NCBI RefSeq assembly: GCF_036321535.1
Contig: NC_087437.1
Location: forward strand, 115,756,001 to 115,820,000
Length of the DNA: 64,000 bases
Reading direction: 5' to 3'
Origin: Camelus dromedarius
Taxonomy: Eukaryota
The notes under the pieces were generated by a model. The model was not told where the DNA came from. It worked only from the letters and a program-made list of their open reading frames with translations, and did not search any database. Positions within the stretch are counted from its first letter, which is position 1, and each line of letters starts with the position of its first letter. Below, in pieces: positions 39,006-51,812 of the stretch. Position numbers and translations under genes: made by a program.

Positions 39006-39734
39006 TACCCTATGTAATTAATACATGCTTGAGAAAATGTAAAAGAAAATGCATATTCTTAGCAAATGTTTAATTAATATCTTCTAAGGATGGCCTCAGA
39101 GACTAGAGAAAAATTATCACCATCATCAAACCCAAAAAATGGTCTTGTGGGATGTTGTGCAGTGAAATGGAAACTCCAACAGGGTTTAATTAGGCTGGTC
39201 AAAGCCTAAATCTTCTTATTATATTATTCCTGCTTTTGGGCAGGAAGCTCAGAGTCAAAATTAATTCTTCTCTTTCAGTGTTAAATTTTGTTTTTACCTC
39301 CCCTAAGGGTTTCCAAGCTGGATGCTTGGTTGCACTTTGGGTTATACTTGGCATAGCACCAGGCTGTTATGGATGCGGTTGGACCAGGGCATCAACTGGT
39401 GTGGTTGCCTGATAATGCTGAGTTGGGGGCAGTCTAAGAGTATGAACAAGTAGACGCCCTTTCAAGAGACTGAGTGCCAACGGTTTCGCAAGAGCTGATT
39501 GCCCCTACCTGCCTCCTGCGGTTAGGTGAGGTGAGCCTGATGGGGAAGCCAAGATCCGTGATCAAAAGAGAACATATCATTGAGCCATAATTGTCAGCAT
39601 ACTAATAAACTTTAATCAGTAATGACTACTATCACTGTGCTTTTGTATACACTTGTCATTTCCTGGCAAGTCTGGAGCTATTAGCAGTGTACAACAGCCA
39701 ACGGGTCAAAATATTTGCATGACATTTTGTGTCA

Positions 39735-40110
39735 GGCAAGATAAGCTTGTTAATATCAGGGTAACAAACAACACAAATTTCAGTGGCTTAACCCAACTTA
39801 AGGCTATTTCTCAGTCATGCTACAAGTCCCAAGTGACTCGGCAATGGTCTATTCAAAGCCAGTCAAGGGTCCAGAATAACAGAAACTTCGCTGTGACACA
39901 TGCTTCCATGAGAACTGTAGACACAGGAAGGGAATTATCATGTGTTAGCTTGTGACGTTTCCTTCAGAGTGATACTCATGACATATGCTTATGCTGGTGG
40001 GACAAATGTAAGTCACATGACCTCATTCAACGGAAACAGGGGAATATGAGCCAACATGTATCTAGAAAGATGAACGCTGGACATATCTGGTGAACAACGC
40101 TAATAACTAC
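39735..40110 (-). mobile_element. Old MaLR LTR fragment (MLT1J/K/L-like)
   Basis: GTAACAAACAACACAAATTTCAGTGGCTTAAC...AAGTCACATGACC. Confidence 0.5.
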
Positions 40111-40179
40111 TGCACATTTTAAACCCTCACTTGCAAAAATGTTTAACTCATAATGGGTTTTCAAAACCACTTGGATATC

Positions 40180-40521
40180 TGTGGTAGATTGTACTATTTT
40201 GTTCTGAATTATTTATTCCCAGTCCCTGTGAAAGAATTATATTCCCCTATTCTGTGGACATCAGGCACTGCCATATGACTTGCTATGATTAATAAATGGT
40301 GAGCAGAAGTGAGACGTTCTGTCATTTCTCTCTCTTTTTCTCCCTGTCAGGAAAATGGCATGTCTACCCAGGGTCGCTCCTTCAGTCTGCATCCTGGAGA
40401 CAACAACATGTGAACAGAGCTGCAGCTGACGTGTAATGTATATGAGAAATAAACCTTTGTGTTTTAAGCCCTTGGGGTTGTTTGTTACTGCAGCATGATG
40501 GAGCCAAAGCCGACTGCTACA
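40180..40521 (+). mobile_element. Old MaLR LTR (MLT1I/J-like)
   Basis: TGTGGTAGATTG...CCATATGACTTGCT...GAGAAATAAACCTTTGTGTTTTAAGCC...GTTTGTTACTGCAGCAT...GACTGCTACA. Confidence 0.65.
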
Positions 40522-41581
40522 GTATCTTTATCATTCTCAGTAAATAGAAAACAATGGAATTGGCTGTATAGAAATTTACACTCACTGTCCACTTGACTGA
40601 AGTATATCTGTACTTTAAAGCAGAAGTATCTATAAGGACTTATTATGGAAATAAATATTATTCAGTTGAGTTGAGTTAATGGCACAAATATACATTCTCC
40701 AAATTGGGGCATCAACTGACACCTTAGAGTTCCTATGAAAAACCTAGCAGGGGAATTGGGACTTAGAAACAGTGCTTTCAAATGCAGACTCTTGATCCTG
40801 TCCTCCTTGAGCAGTTGCCTTAGAAAACCTGAGAATAATCTATATTCATGTCCACTTTGGACAGAAATTATAATGATGAAATGTTACTATCTATAGGAAT
40901 GCAAAGTCTCTTCTGCGTCCAGTGATCCTCATTAATTCAAATCCCATCGATTTTTACTTCATGGGAGATAACTGGGACAGAGGCCAGGCTGGCATTTACT
41001 CTCATGTTGTGAGTGTGCATTTCTTGCACTGGCTATCGCAGGTTGCCATTTGCTATTTGACTATACAGAGTGTCTTCAGAGGGGAGTCATTTGTCCTTCT
41101 CTGGAGACACCAGCTGCAGGTCCCCAGAAACAATGGAGCCAGCTCCTGGGACAGGCCCTCCCAAACGTCTGGCTTCCCTCCTTACAAAGCTTTGCTCTCT
41201 ACTGTCTTTCACCTGTGCAGTCTCTTGGCGGGGCGGAAGTGATCTGACCTAAGAGAATCTGTAAAGTTGAAAAGTCACGGATGAGGTGGGTACCATGATT
41301 GCTTCTCTTCTAGAGCGGCAACACTGAGGCATTAGAGAGGTTAAGCAAATCCATGAATGTAGCAACTGTGGTTTGAACCCAAGATGGCCTGACACTATAA
41401 ATGACACAAAGAAGTACAGATAAACTGAGATGTGGCAGAGAGAGGTTACTTCTAAAAAAGAGGAGTGCTAAATAATTAATAAAACAAACAAGGTTTGTAA
41501 GTGGGTTGGTGTAGCACAGAGGAGCAAGGGCACGCTTAACTGGGGAAGAACCACCTCTAGCTGTTTAATTATTTAGCAGAG

Positions 41582-41584
<3 letters not shown>

Positions 41585-41620
<36 letters not shown>
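41585..41620. repeat. (TG)18 microsatellite
   Basis: Perfect repeat read directly. Confidence 0.95.
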
Positions 41621-41623
<3 letters not shown>

Positions 41624-43689
41624 AATTTACATGGTTTCCCCCGATGGTCGTCTTCTGGTCATTAGAAGTTGTCCAGCAGGACTGCTGCCCTGGCATCATA
41701 CTGTCAGCCCTCATACTACTGAATGCTCTAGGAAATAATAAAGCTTGATTTATTTAAGGATACACTAATTAGAGGTTTCCTACTATTTGACACTCATCTC
41801 TTAATTGGAAAGGTGCAGTTTCTTCCCAACAAGAATATTGACTTTTGAGTCAGACCTAACTTTTAGATGCTAGTCTATTTTTCTCCTTGGTTTTGAATTT
41901 TAAATTGTATATATTATGTGACCATCACTGACTTCTATTGAGCAACTATTTTAGTAGCTCCTCGTGGCCCATTTGGAGAAGAACAATGGATTTTCTGGTA
42001 CTGATGTTTTAATAATGAAATTTTTTATAATTATCCAGTGTTTTTGTCTTTTCAACCACGATAATATATGGTGAACTTGATACACTGCCTTCCAAGTTAT
42101 GAGACCCTAGGTAACTTATCAATTATGAGAAATTTTTAATAAAGTTATAATGTTTAACAGAGTTATAGTATTCTTTCCTTTAGAGGAGTGGTGAAAAAAC
42201 TGTAAAATTCTATATGTCCTCTACAGCATCCAACCTCAGATTATTAGGCAGAACACAGTGTCTGCAAACTGTTTAGGATCACGGAAAGTTTACCATATTT
42301 AGGGAGAAGCTGTTATCAGTTTTTATCCAGCCAATGACACTACTGGGGTATATTATACTGGGGTGGATATTTGGGAGGAAGCCCCAAATAAATCACTGGA
42401 AACTAATGCTCAAAGAAGAAAGGTTAGTTGGATTTCTTGATGTTGATAAGCTGTAGATTTCTATCTAGGAAAAACAAAGTCACATCTTTGGATTTTTAAA
42501 AAATTGCACCTTATAGAGATTTACCCAGAAATTTTCACCCAAGATCTTAGCATTTCAGATCTTAACAATTAACTCTTTTCCCAGGCTAGGTAGTTGGGGT
42601 ATAACTCTTAAAAGAAAAATGGTAAATCTGGAGATATTGCCTTGTCAGTGGGGGCATTACCAGTAACTTACCAAAAGGAGAAAATGAGGTTTGAAAAATA
42701 TAATGGCTATGAAACATCATTAGCAGAAACAGCCTGAAAGTACTGTAATGCTAAACCTCAACCATCTCAGCTGAGAAACGCCACCTTTCCAGACTCTTTG
42801 ATCTCATGTTCTCCCTTATTATAGTGAAGTGGCATTTTGATTACAGCAGAGAGAAATGCTTCTTGGAAATCAGATTTGAGAGGACATCATATTTTCCCAG
42901 GAGTATTTTTTGTCGACGGTACTTATTTAATTTTGATTTCAGAACTGTTTTGTGGCACATCTCAGTTTCAGATATTGTTGCTAAAAACTCATGTGAATGT
43001 AATAAAGAATTTTAAAATGAACATAACATCGGAGACCAACAGAGAAACCCTAAAGGAAAAGAACTAATGGTGACAGAAAAGAAAAGAGAGCCTGTCTGCC
43101 CATGAAACACTAGCTGCTTTTTGGGGGGTTGTTGCACTACAGAATCCTCATGAACCAACACATTCATGACACAAAAAGCACTGAACGTGGAGGCTGGACA
43201 ACAGTTCCGGTTCTTGCTCTGCCAGCAGCTGTTTGACCTTAACCAGGTCCCTAGTCCTGCTGGGCCTCCATTTCCGCAATAAGTAAGAGGAGAGCAAAGA
43301 CTCTTCAACTCAAAAATCCTATGATCTGTGACGTGATTTATGTGACTAAACTCTCTGCACGTGAATAAAGTTATTCAAGCAACAGAGCTGAGCTTTTCTA
43401 CTGTGAAGGCTGGTTTGCCTTGGTCTTCTTCCGGTTTGCCCTCACCTGCTTCCGGTGTGCCTTCCCCTGGGTCTGATATACACTCCCCCTTCCTCCTTGG
43501 CAACCCATAGATCCTGACTTTTGGACGGTCAGCCCTGTTTCCTCATCTATAAAATGTTATCTAGTATATCTTCATTAAGTTGGCCTCCTCCCACCTTCCA
43601 CTTCTCCCCGTTTTCCTCATAACATATAAATATTTCAGAGATTCTCTTCTTTGAGAAAAACTTGAAAGGAAAAAACCCCACAGAGATGG

Positions 43690-44120
43690 AAGGGGAACTC
43701 CTAGAGAAGGGGCTTAGAAGAGATCCCAGCCAATCACAGTGTGTTAGCCTCTTTTGGATTCAAACAAGCAGATTTGAAAAAAATTAAAAAGACATTTCTG
43801 AGACAATTGGAAATTGGAACACTTAGTAGATATTGGATCTTAAGAAATGATCATTAATTATTTTAGCCATTGTAATGGTGTTATAGTTATGTTCTTGAAA
43901 GAATCCTTAGTTTTTAGAGGCACACATTGAAATATTTGCAGATAAAATGATCTCACATTGGGGGGCAGTTAGTGAGTGGTGACACAGATGGAGAAAGTTT
44001 GGCCATGAATGGACAATTAGAGAAACTGAATGATGGGTAAGTGGGAGTTAATTATAAGATTTGGTCCACTTTTGTATAAGTTTTATAGTTTCCATAAGAA
44101 AAAATGTAAGAAAAAAAAGC
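43690..44120 (+). mobile_element. Old L1MC/MD 3' end
   Basis: GGATTCAAACAA...AGACATTTCTGAGACAATTGGAAATTGGAACACT...TGTAATGGTGTTATAGTTATGTT...CACTTTTGTATAAGTTT..A tail. Confidence 0.7.
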
Positions 44121-45949
44121 TTAATGGGGATTCATCCTAAGGAGGCATATTTGCTGAGGTGTTGGGAAGGGCTGCTTGTCATAGTTGCATAATGGTTGGG
44201 GGTAAATATGGAAGTTCATCAATCAGAAATGCTATAGTGAGGAGCTGGCTGGCAACGGGCCCAGCTCTGTGTAGCTGTCATCTAGCCTCCAGGCCAATTT
44301 GCCCTCTATAAATAACAGCCTATATGAATGCTTTACTATTTTAATGCACACTTGCCACAGCTGCTCTGCATGTTTGTTTATGTAGCTGTGAACCCTGCTG
44401 TAAACATCACTATCTCAAAATTGCCCATGTGTCAGGAACATAAAGGGCCCCCTTTAAAAATATATTTGTGGGATGAGACACGGCCAGTCCCCAGATGTCT
44501 GGGTGGCTGGTGTCAGAATTTTCCAGGGTTTGATTCACTTTCAAAAATAGAATCACATGACTGGAAGGTTCTTGAGAGGTCACACATTCCCTGACTCTGG
44601 GCAGGACCAGAGTGAAGCTGTCCATCAAGACAGCTGTCTTTTGTGGGTGTGGGTCTCTCTTTTATGAGGCCAGAGAACCTATGGAGTGAAGGACTGGGAC
44701 CAGGAGCCTCAGGACATCAAAGGTTGGCAAGACTCACATCTGGCCTTCAAGGAGCTTACATGCATTTTTCTAAAGATGCACCTGACCCTGAGTAACATGG
44801 CTAGGCACAGCTGGGGCTGGAATATGATGTGTCGCCCTGCTGGCCAGTGCGGGGCCTGAGAGCCCAGCAGGCTGCAGGACCCGCACGGTCAGCCTGCCGC
44901 ACGAGATCTCGGGTCTCCAGAAAACATGTCAGAGTCATCGTGTGCTCACTATGTGTGTGTCAGGAAGATGGCATTGCAGGGGTGGCGGTGAGGGGCTCAT
45001 CCTTGAAAGAGGTCCCCTAATTGAGATCAGTGAGAGTTATTTAAGGTCAACCACGACATTTTTGAAAGAAGTGATGAGTAAAACAAGTCGTTTTGGGTCG
45101 GCTTGCTGTTTTCATGGCTTCTGATTTCCCATCTAGCCCTGTGATGAATAATTAGGTCCTGGTAAATTTGCTTTTCTCAGTGTGCATTTGGTCCACATTT
45201 ATTTTTTTTCCTGTGACTTTAATTCACTGAAGCATTTCCCCCTCCAAGGGTCTGCTTAATTCCTGTAAATCCCAACTATGCTTTTTATTCACAAAGGAAA
45301 AATCCTCCCCCTGAAGTTCAAGAGACCAAACGTGCTAGAAAGACTGAACTGTATGAATCCTTTCAGGAAAGTATCAAGACGTGTCCAGCTTCTAGACGAA
45401 CACAGAACTTTCTAGAGCCCTCCTCTCTCCACTTTGCAGAAAATTATTATTTTAAGAAAGTTAACAGTGGTTGCCTTTTCCCAGGAATAGGGGTGTTTTG
45501 ATTCTCTTTGCTGGCAAATTCCCAGTTTTCTCTAAGAAAGCAGTAGAAAGGCCACTGAATGCTCAGAGGCAAGTATCACTGTTAATTACCAACAAAATGA
45601 TGCTCCTCTCATCGGAAAGCCTCACTCATTACAAGCTGTCATCAGAGAGACAGGGTCTCTCCTAGGGAGGATTCCGACTTAGGGACATCGCAAAGAAAAT
45701 TCGCTGATTTTGGATTTGTCTATTTTTTCAAGACTGGGACAGCTTTGCAGTTTGAAGCTCAGATTAGCACCAGTAACCAGAGGGCACATCTCCAGTGGCT
45801 TTTGCTTCTTGTGCTCAGAGATGGGAGATAACAAGGCTTGTCCACTGCCCTCCTTCCTGTCCTATCGGGAGAGTTTGTAGTGAGGAATTGAATAATAAAA
45901 CCGCGTCACCAGTGGTCAGTTTATGCTGCCAGAGGCTGTACCTCAGTGG

Positions 45950-45968
45950 CCACCACTAGGGGGATCCA
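45950..45968 (+). promoter_or_regulatory. Candidate CTCF site
   Basis: CCACCACTAGGGGGATCCA; core CCACTAGGGGGA matches 11/12 of CCASYAGRKGGC. Confidence 0.4.
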
Positions 45969-47431
45969 GAGTCCCTGTGCTCAGCCGAGGTGGGAGAAAT
46001 TTCTGGTCAGTGGGAAAATGACAGAGCTCCCTGTGTGATTCATTTTTTTACCCCCGCTGGGCCTCCTCTCCTCTCCTTCCTCCTCCCACACACTTATCGC
46101 ATCACAAGTGCACCCCACAGTCAGGTTCAGGGTGCATATAGCTCCGTTCACATATGCAGCACTATTTTAGAATTTCACAGTAATTATTTTATTTTCCATG
46201 TTCTTTTGGTTTTAGGCAAAGGAGCACACTCATATCACTGAGCTCCATGCAAAGCTTTCTACTCACATTTTCATTGTTTGTTGCATTTAAAAAAACTTAT
46301 TGCAAAGGTTTTTACCACCATGAGAGAAATTTGTTAGGGGTAATGACCTTGCCAGTTGGGTCCAGGGGGGCAGAGACATGGAAACAATGACTTTCCTTTG
46401 ATGGATGACTGAGATCCAGGTGATGAGTGGATGAAGAACGTGGGGTCCAGCTGGTGGCCGTGCATTTTCAGATTATGTAAACCAACCCTGAGCCTCCAGT
46501 TGAAGACCTCAGAGCACAGAAGGCAGGTCATATAACTAAAGAGGATTCTGAGGCCAATATTGGTAACTCAGAAGAACAGTAAAGCAGTGCGTGGACTGGT
46601 GTTCTAGCTCATTCTTTCCCTGTGGGGCACTATCGTTAGCTTCAGTCAGAGTTTATGGCTCTATTTTGTGGAAAGTTGCAGATAAATATGGGCAGAACCT
46701 GCTTTGCTGTTGGGATGCGTAACACGTGTGAAGTTAAGACATGAGTGAAGATGTCATTAAAAACAGATCATTTCTCTATTTTGGAGAACAGACCATCTTT
46801 GTTAAAACACTCCAATGGTTAGCTCTCCATAGCAGAAGCATCGATAGCGTTATGAGAAGGGGATCTCATTTTTTTTCCTTTCTTGCTTGAGTTATATGCT
46901 GGGTCTGTGTTATCTTGTCTACTGGGGGTTTAGTGGGTAGATTATGGCAAGACACCACACGCTCACTTGATATAAAAGGAAAACCAATGCTATGGGTTTT
47001 TCTTGCAAATAGCTTCCAAAAAAGGGGAGAAATTGCATTTTTATTAAAACAATTTGTCAGGCTTCCTCTGAAAGGCTTAACTTCTTCCCCCTGGCTTGGC
47101 AATAAATAACCTCAAGTATTTAAATTAAACAATGTTTTAAAAACTGCCTAAAAAGTGCTTTAGAGACAGGTCAAATTTTAATTTAAGTAAATACTTCAAA
47201 ATTTAAACTATATTAAGAGGTGTTTTTTTAAAAAAAGTTTATCAATTTATTTTCCAAAGGACTTTGAAAATGGTTAGACTTCTTCTTCTAAATGGTTAGA
47301 CTTCTTGGTGGATATACTTAAGGCTACAGGACCAGTGGCATCCTAGTTCATGACCAAGGAGGCAGTGTCAGTAGTGAGTGATGTTCAGTTTTCCGTATTT
47401 TGTTGTAAACAAGAATGTGAGGTCCAGTTTA

Positions 47432-48589
<1,158 letters not shown>

Positions 48590-48820
48590 CTAGCTTGTGT
48601 AAGGACTTCACTGCCCTTCCCACCAGGACAGAGCTTACTGCTGTGAAGCTGTCTCCCTGCCAGCAAGTCCTCAGAACCAGTCCTTACAGCGGGATGTCTC
48701 CCTGTTCTATCTGAGATGCTGTGGCATGGGAAAGGCAGCGCACTCTGGATAAAGAAATGTTTAGATTCAGACAGTTTTGGTTCTGCCACTTAGCCATTGT
48801 GGGCTCTCGGACAGGCTGCC

Positions 48821-49699
48821 TGTTATGGACTGAACTGTATCCCCCCAAATCCATATGTTGAAGTCTTAACCCCACTATGTGACATTTTTGGAAATGGAGA
48901 CTTGAAGGACGAAATTAAGGTGAAGTGAGGTCATAAGGGTGGAGCCTTAATTCAATAGGGCTGGTGTTCTTATAAGAAGAGGAAGGGACAGCAGGGGTGA
49001 GCACGCAGAGGAAAGGCAGGGAGAGAGGTCTTCCAGACCTTTCAGAGGTCACCAGAAACCAGCCCTGCCAGCACCTTGATCTTAAACTTGCAGCCCCCAG
49101 AACCGTGAGAAAATAAAGCACTGTTATTTAAGTCCCCCGGTGTCTGGTATTCTGCTGTGAGTGGAAAATATTGCCTAACACGTCAGTAAACAAAGGGTGT
49201 TGCAGCCATCAAGACAGCACGGCCAGACTGTGAGCCCTGAGGGAACTCAGGATGGATAAAGATGCACTGCCCGGCGCGAAGCCCTCGGCCTCTGCAGCCA
49301 CCCCCAGTGGTGCTTCCAGAGGGGACTCGGGATGAGAAGGAAGGGGACACTGGCCCTAGACAGCTGAGGTGTATAGCAAAGGAATGATTTCAATGTGCCT
49401 GGAGTCTTGCATCTTCCCAGACACATAAAAGGGCTAAATTTCTTAACTTGAGATGTCTGGTTTTCTTTAATTAACAGTAATCTTTTGATGTTCTGACTAC
49501 CTGGTCTTTGTTGCAAAGAATCCTATATATTCTAGCTCCTCCCTTACCTCTTCAAGCAGTCCCTCTAGACCTATCTGAGAGGCTGTCTCCTGGGTTTGAA
49601 ATCTTCAGAAAATCCGCCGAATAAAACACAATTCTCATATTTTAGGGTGTGCATTTTTTTCAGTCGACACTGTTATGGCAGGCTGAGTAGACTAATACA
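48821..49699 (+). mobile_element. MaLR LTR (MLT1A/B-like), split by an ERV1 LTR insertion
   Basis: TGTTATGGACTGAACTGTATCCCCCCAAATCCATATGTTGAAGTC...TGGTATT|CTGT|TATGGCAGGCTGAGTAGACTAATACA reconstructs once 49156-49669 is removed. Confidence 0.85.
49156..49669 (+). mobile_element. ERV1-class solo LTR nested in the MLT1
   Basis: TG...CA termini; TSD CTGC/CTGT (49152-49155 / 49670-49673); TATATA at ~49524; AATAAA at 49620-49625. Confidence 0.85.
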
Positions 49700-50570
49700 C
49701 TATATGAATTCATAGATCTTCAGTTTCCACATTTACAAAATGGTAATCATGATAGCCAATTCACAGGGTTTTATAAAGTTAAACAAAACCACACACATGA
49801 TGTATACCTGCCTGGAACAGGCATGTAATAAACATTCCTTTGTAATAAATGCTTCCTTCGCTTCTGTCCGTATACTTAGGGGTAAGTATTCTGAGTGAGC
49901 TCTTTAAGTTGTCAGTTAAATTTCAGAGTTAAAAAATCATGGTTTTTATTGGTAGGTATGCACGCATTAGACCCTAATGGTTGATTCAATGCCAAGGTTA
50001 AAAAAAGTGTGGGGGAAATGTTCTTTCTCTTTCTATGTGTTTACACATTTGATTTGGTTTCTGCCTCATCATTTAACATTTGCGTTTTTGACTTATGGTT
50101 ATTTTCTTTCTGATGGCTTTTATGATTAATGCAAAGCATTAAGAAAACTCTCCCAGAATCTGAGTGCAAAGGGACATTTGGAACAGATACTGTTCTGAAA
50201 CACCTATAAAATACTATATGAAATTCCTCAGTCAATAATTTTGAAGCTTTCTAAAAGTTGTACAGGCAGTTTCTTCCCCCAGGCTTTCATCCTGTGTCCT
50301 CGGACTTAGCTGTGCATTTCCCCGCCTTGGTTAAAGGAGAAACAGTCTGTTGAGAAAACATTTACCTGAATAAGAAGACAGCTGGGGACGGGGCTTGAGT
50401 GATACCAACTTAATTTATGGATTAACCCTGCTCTTGGTTGGATAGTTTCGTTAATCACCAGTCCCACAGACTTGTTTTTATATTTCAGCACAAAGAAGAG
50501 GCAGCATCTGGTCTGAGAGCCTGATGTTTGGTGTGACAGCTTTAACTTTTAGACTACCCTCAGTAGCCCT

Positions 50571-50572
<2 letters not shown>

Positions 50573-50602
<30 letters not shown>
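50573..50602. repeat. (GT)15 microsatellite
   Basis: Perfect repeat read directly. Confidence 0.95.
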
Positions 50603-50604
<2 letters not shown>

Positions 50605-51263
50605 CTTTCTTTTTTTCTTTTTCTTGGAATAGATACCAGGACAGGAGTCAAAGGAGGCAGCTGAGGTTAGGATAGGATGAGGGGAGTGTGGGGGATCTGG
50701 ATGGAGGTCATGGGTGATGTTTATGCTCACCGCTAGCACCCCCCTGCAAGATGGGGTGTTTGAACGATTAATGAGCGAGTGGAGAGAGATAAGTGCTCTG
50801 GGCAGTCCTGGGAGCCTGCCAGTTCATCCTCCAAAGGTGTTTTTTTCTGTTTTCCTAGCTCAGGACTGGGCCACACTTCCCAGCATCCTTTGCATTGAGG
50901 GGCAGCCACGAGCCAAGTTCTGGCCCATCTGGAGCGCGTGTGCCCTTCTGAGCTGAGGCCTTCAGTGTTGGATATGCCTCCTCCCATGACTTGCTCCTAC
51001 TACAGGGGATGATGGAGTCACGAGATGGAGGGGCCTGGGCCCCAAGCTGGTGGCAGAGAGCTGCCATCCAACTAGAAACAAGAAAAAAAAAAATCATGTT
51101 TGAGCAGTTATGTATTTTGTGTCTATTATCAAATCGAGCCTTATCTCTCATTTTACGGGGAGTCATACCCACACAGGTGAGCAGACAGAAGCATTCTCAG
51201 GGGGCTAGTGTGGGAAAGAGCAAGCAGAAAGGAAGAAAGTAAAGATGGGGTGTTTGGGTTTGG

Positions 51264-51637
51264 TGTTAAAAAGAAGTAAGGGTCCCAAGATGGAGTCCCT
51301 TGTGCTAAGCCCTCGGTTTGCCAACCCAGACTGAGTACTTATTCTAATTACACTTTCAGTCTCTCCCAGGAATGTGACCTTGAACCAGTCAGTCTGGAAT
51401 TTCCTGGCCACTGGTGAGGTAATCTACCCCAGAGACCCCTGTCTTGCTGATCCAGCCTGAACAGTCCTTTCTTGGCTATGACTTCTGTCCCATCCGCTTT
51501 AGGCCTTTAAAATCCTTCCATTTTGTACAGCTCCTCTCCTGTCTGCTTGCTAGATGGGAAGCTGCTTGATTCATGAATCGTTGAATAAAGCCAGTTTGAT
51601 CTTCAAATGTACTCCCTTGAATTTGGTTTTTTTAACA
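51264..51637 (+). mobile_element. ERV1-class solo LTR
   Basis: 9-bp inverted termini TGTTAAAAA...TTTTTAACA; CCAAGATGGAGTC near the 5' end; TTTAAAA TATA-like; AATAAA at ~51584; TSD not clean. Confidence 0.75.
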
Positions 51638-51779
51638 GTGTCTATAATGAACTAGCATGTCGTTAATCAAATGCCTGTGTTTTGTGTTGGGGGAGAAAAA
51701 GTCAAGGCATATGCTACTTCAGTGCCTTTTTGAAAAACAAACAAAAATGAAAGCAAACAGAGCCAAATCTCCCTGAGAG

Positions 51780-51812
51780 TGTGGGGGAGACTGTGGGGGA
51801 GACTGTGGGGGA
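51780..51812. repeat. Short tandem repeat (TGTGGGGGAGAC) x~2.7
   Basis: Direct reading. Confidence 0.85.
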
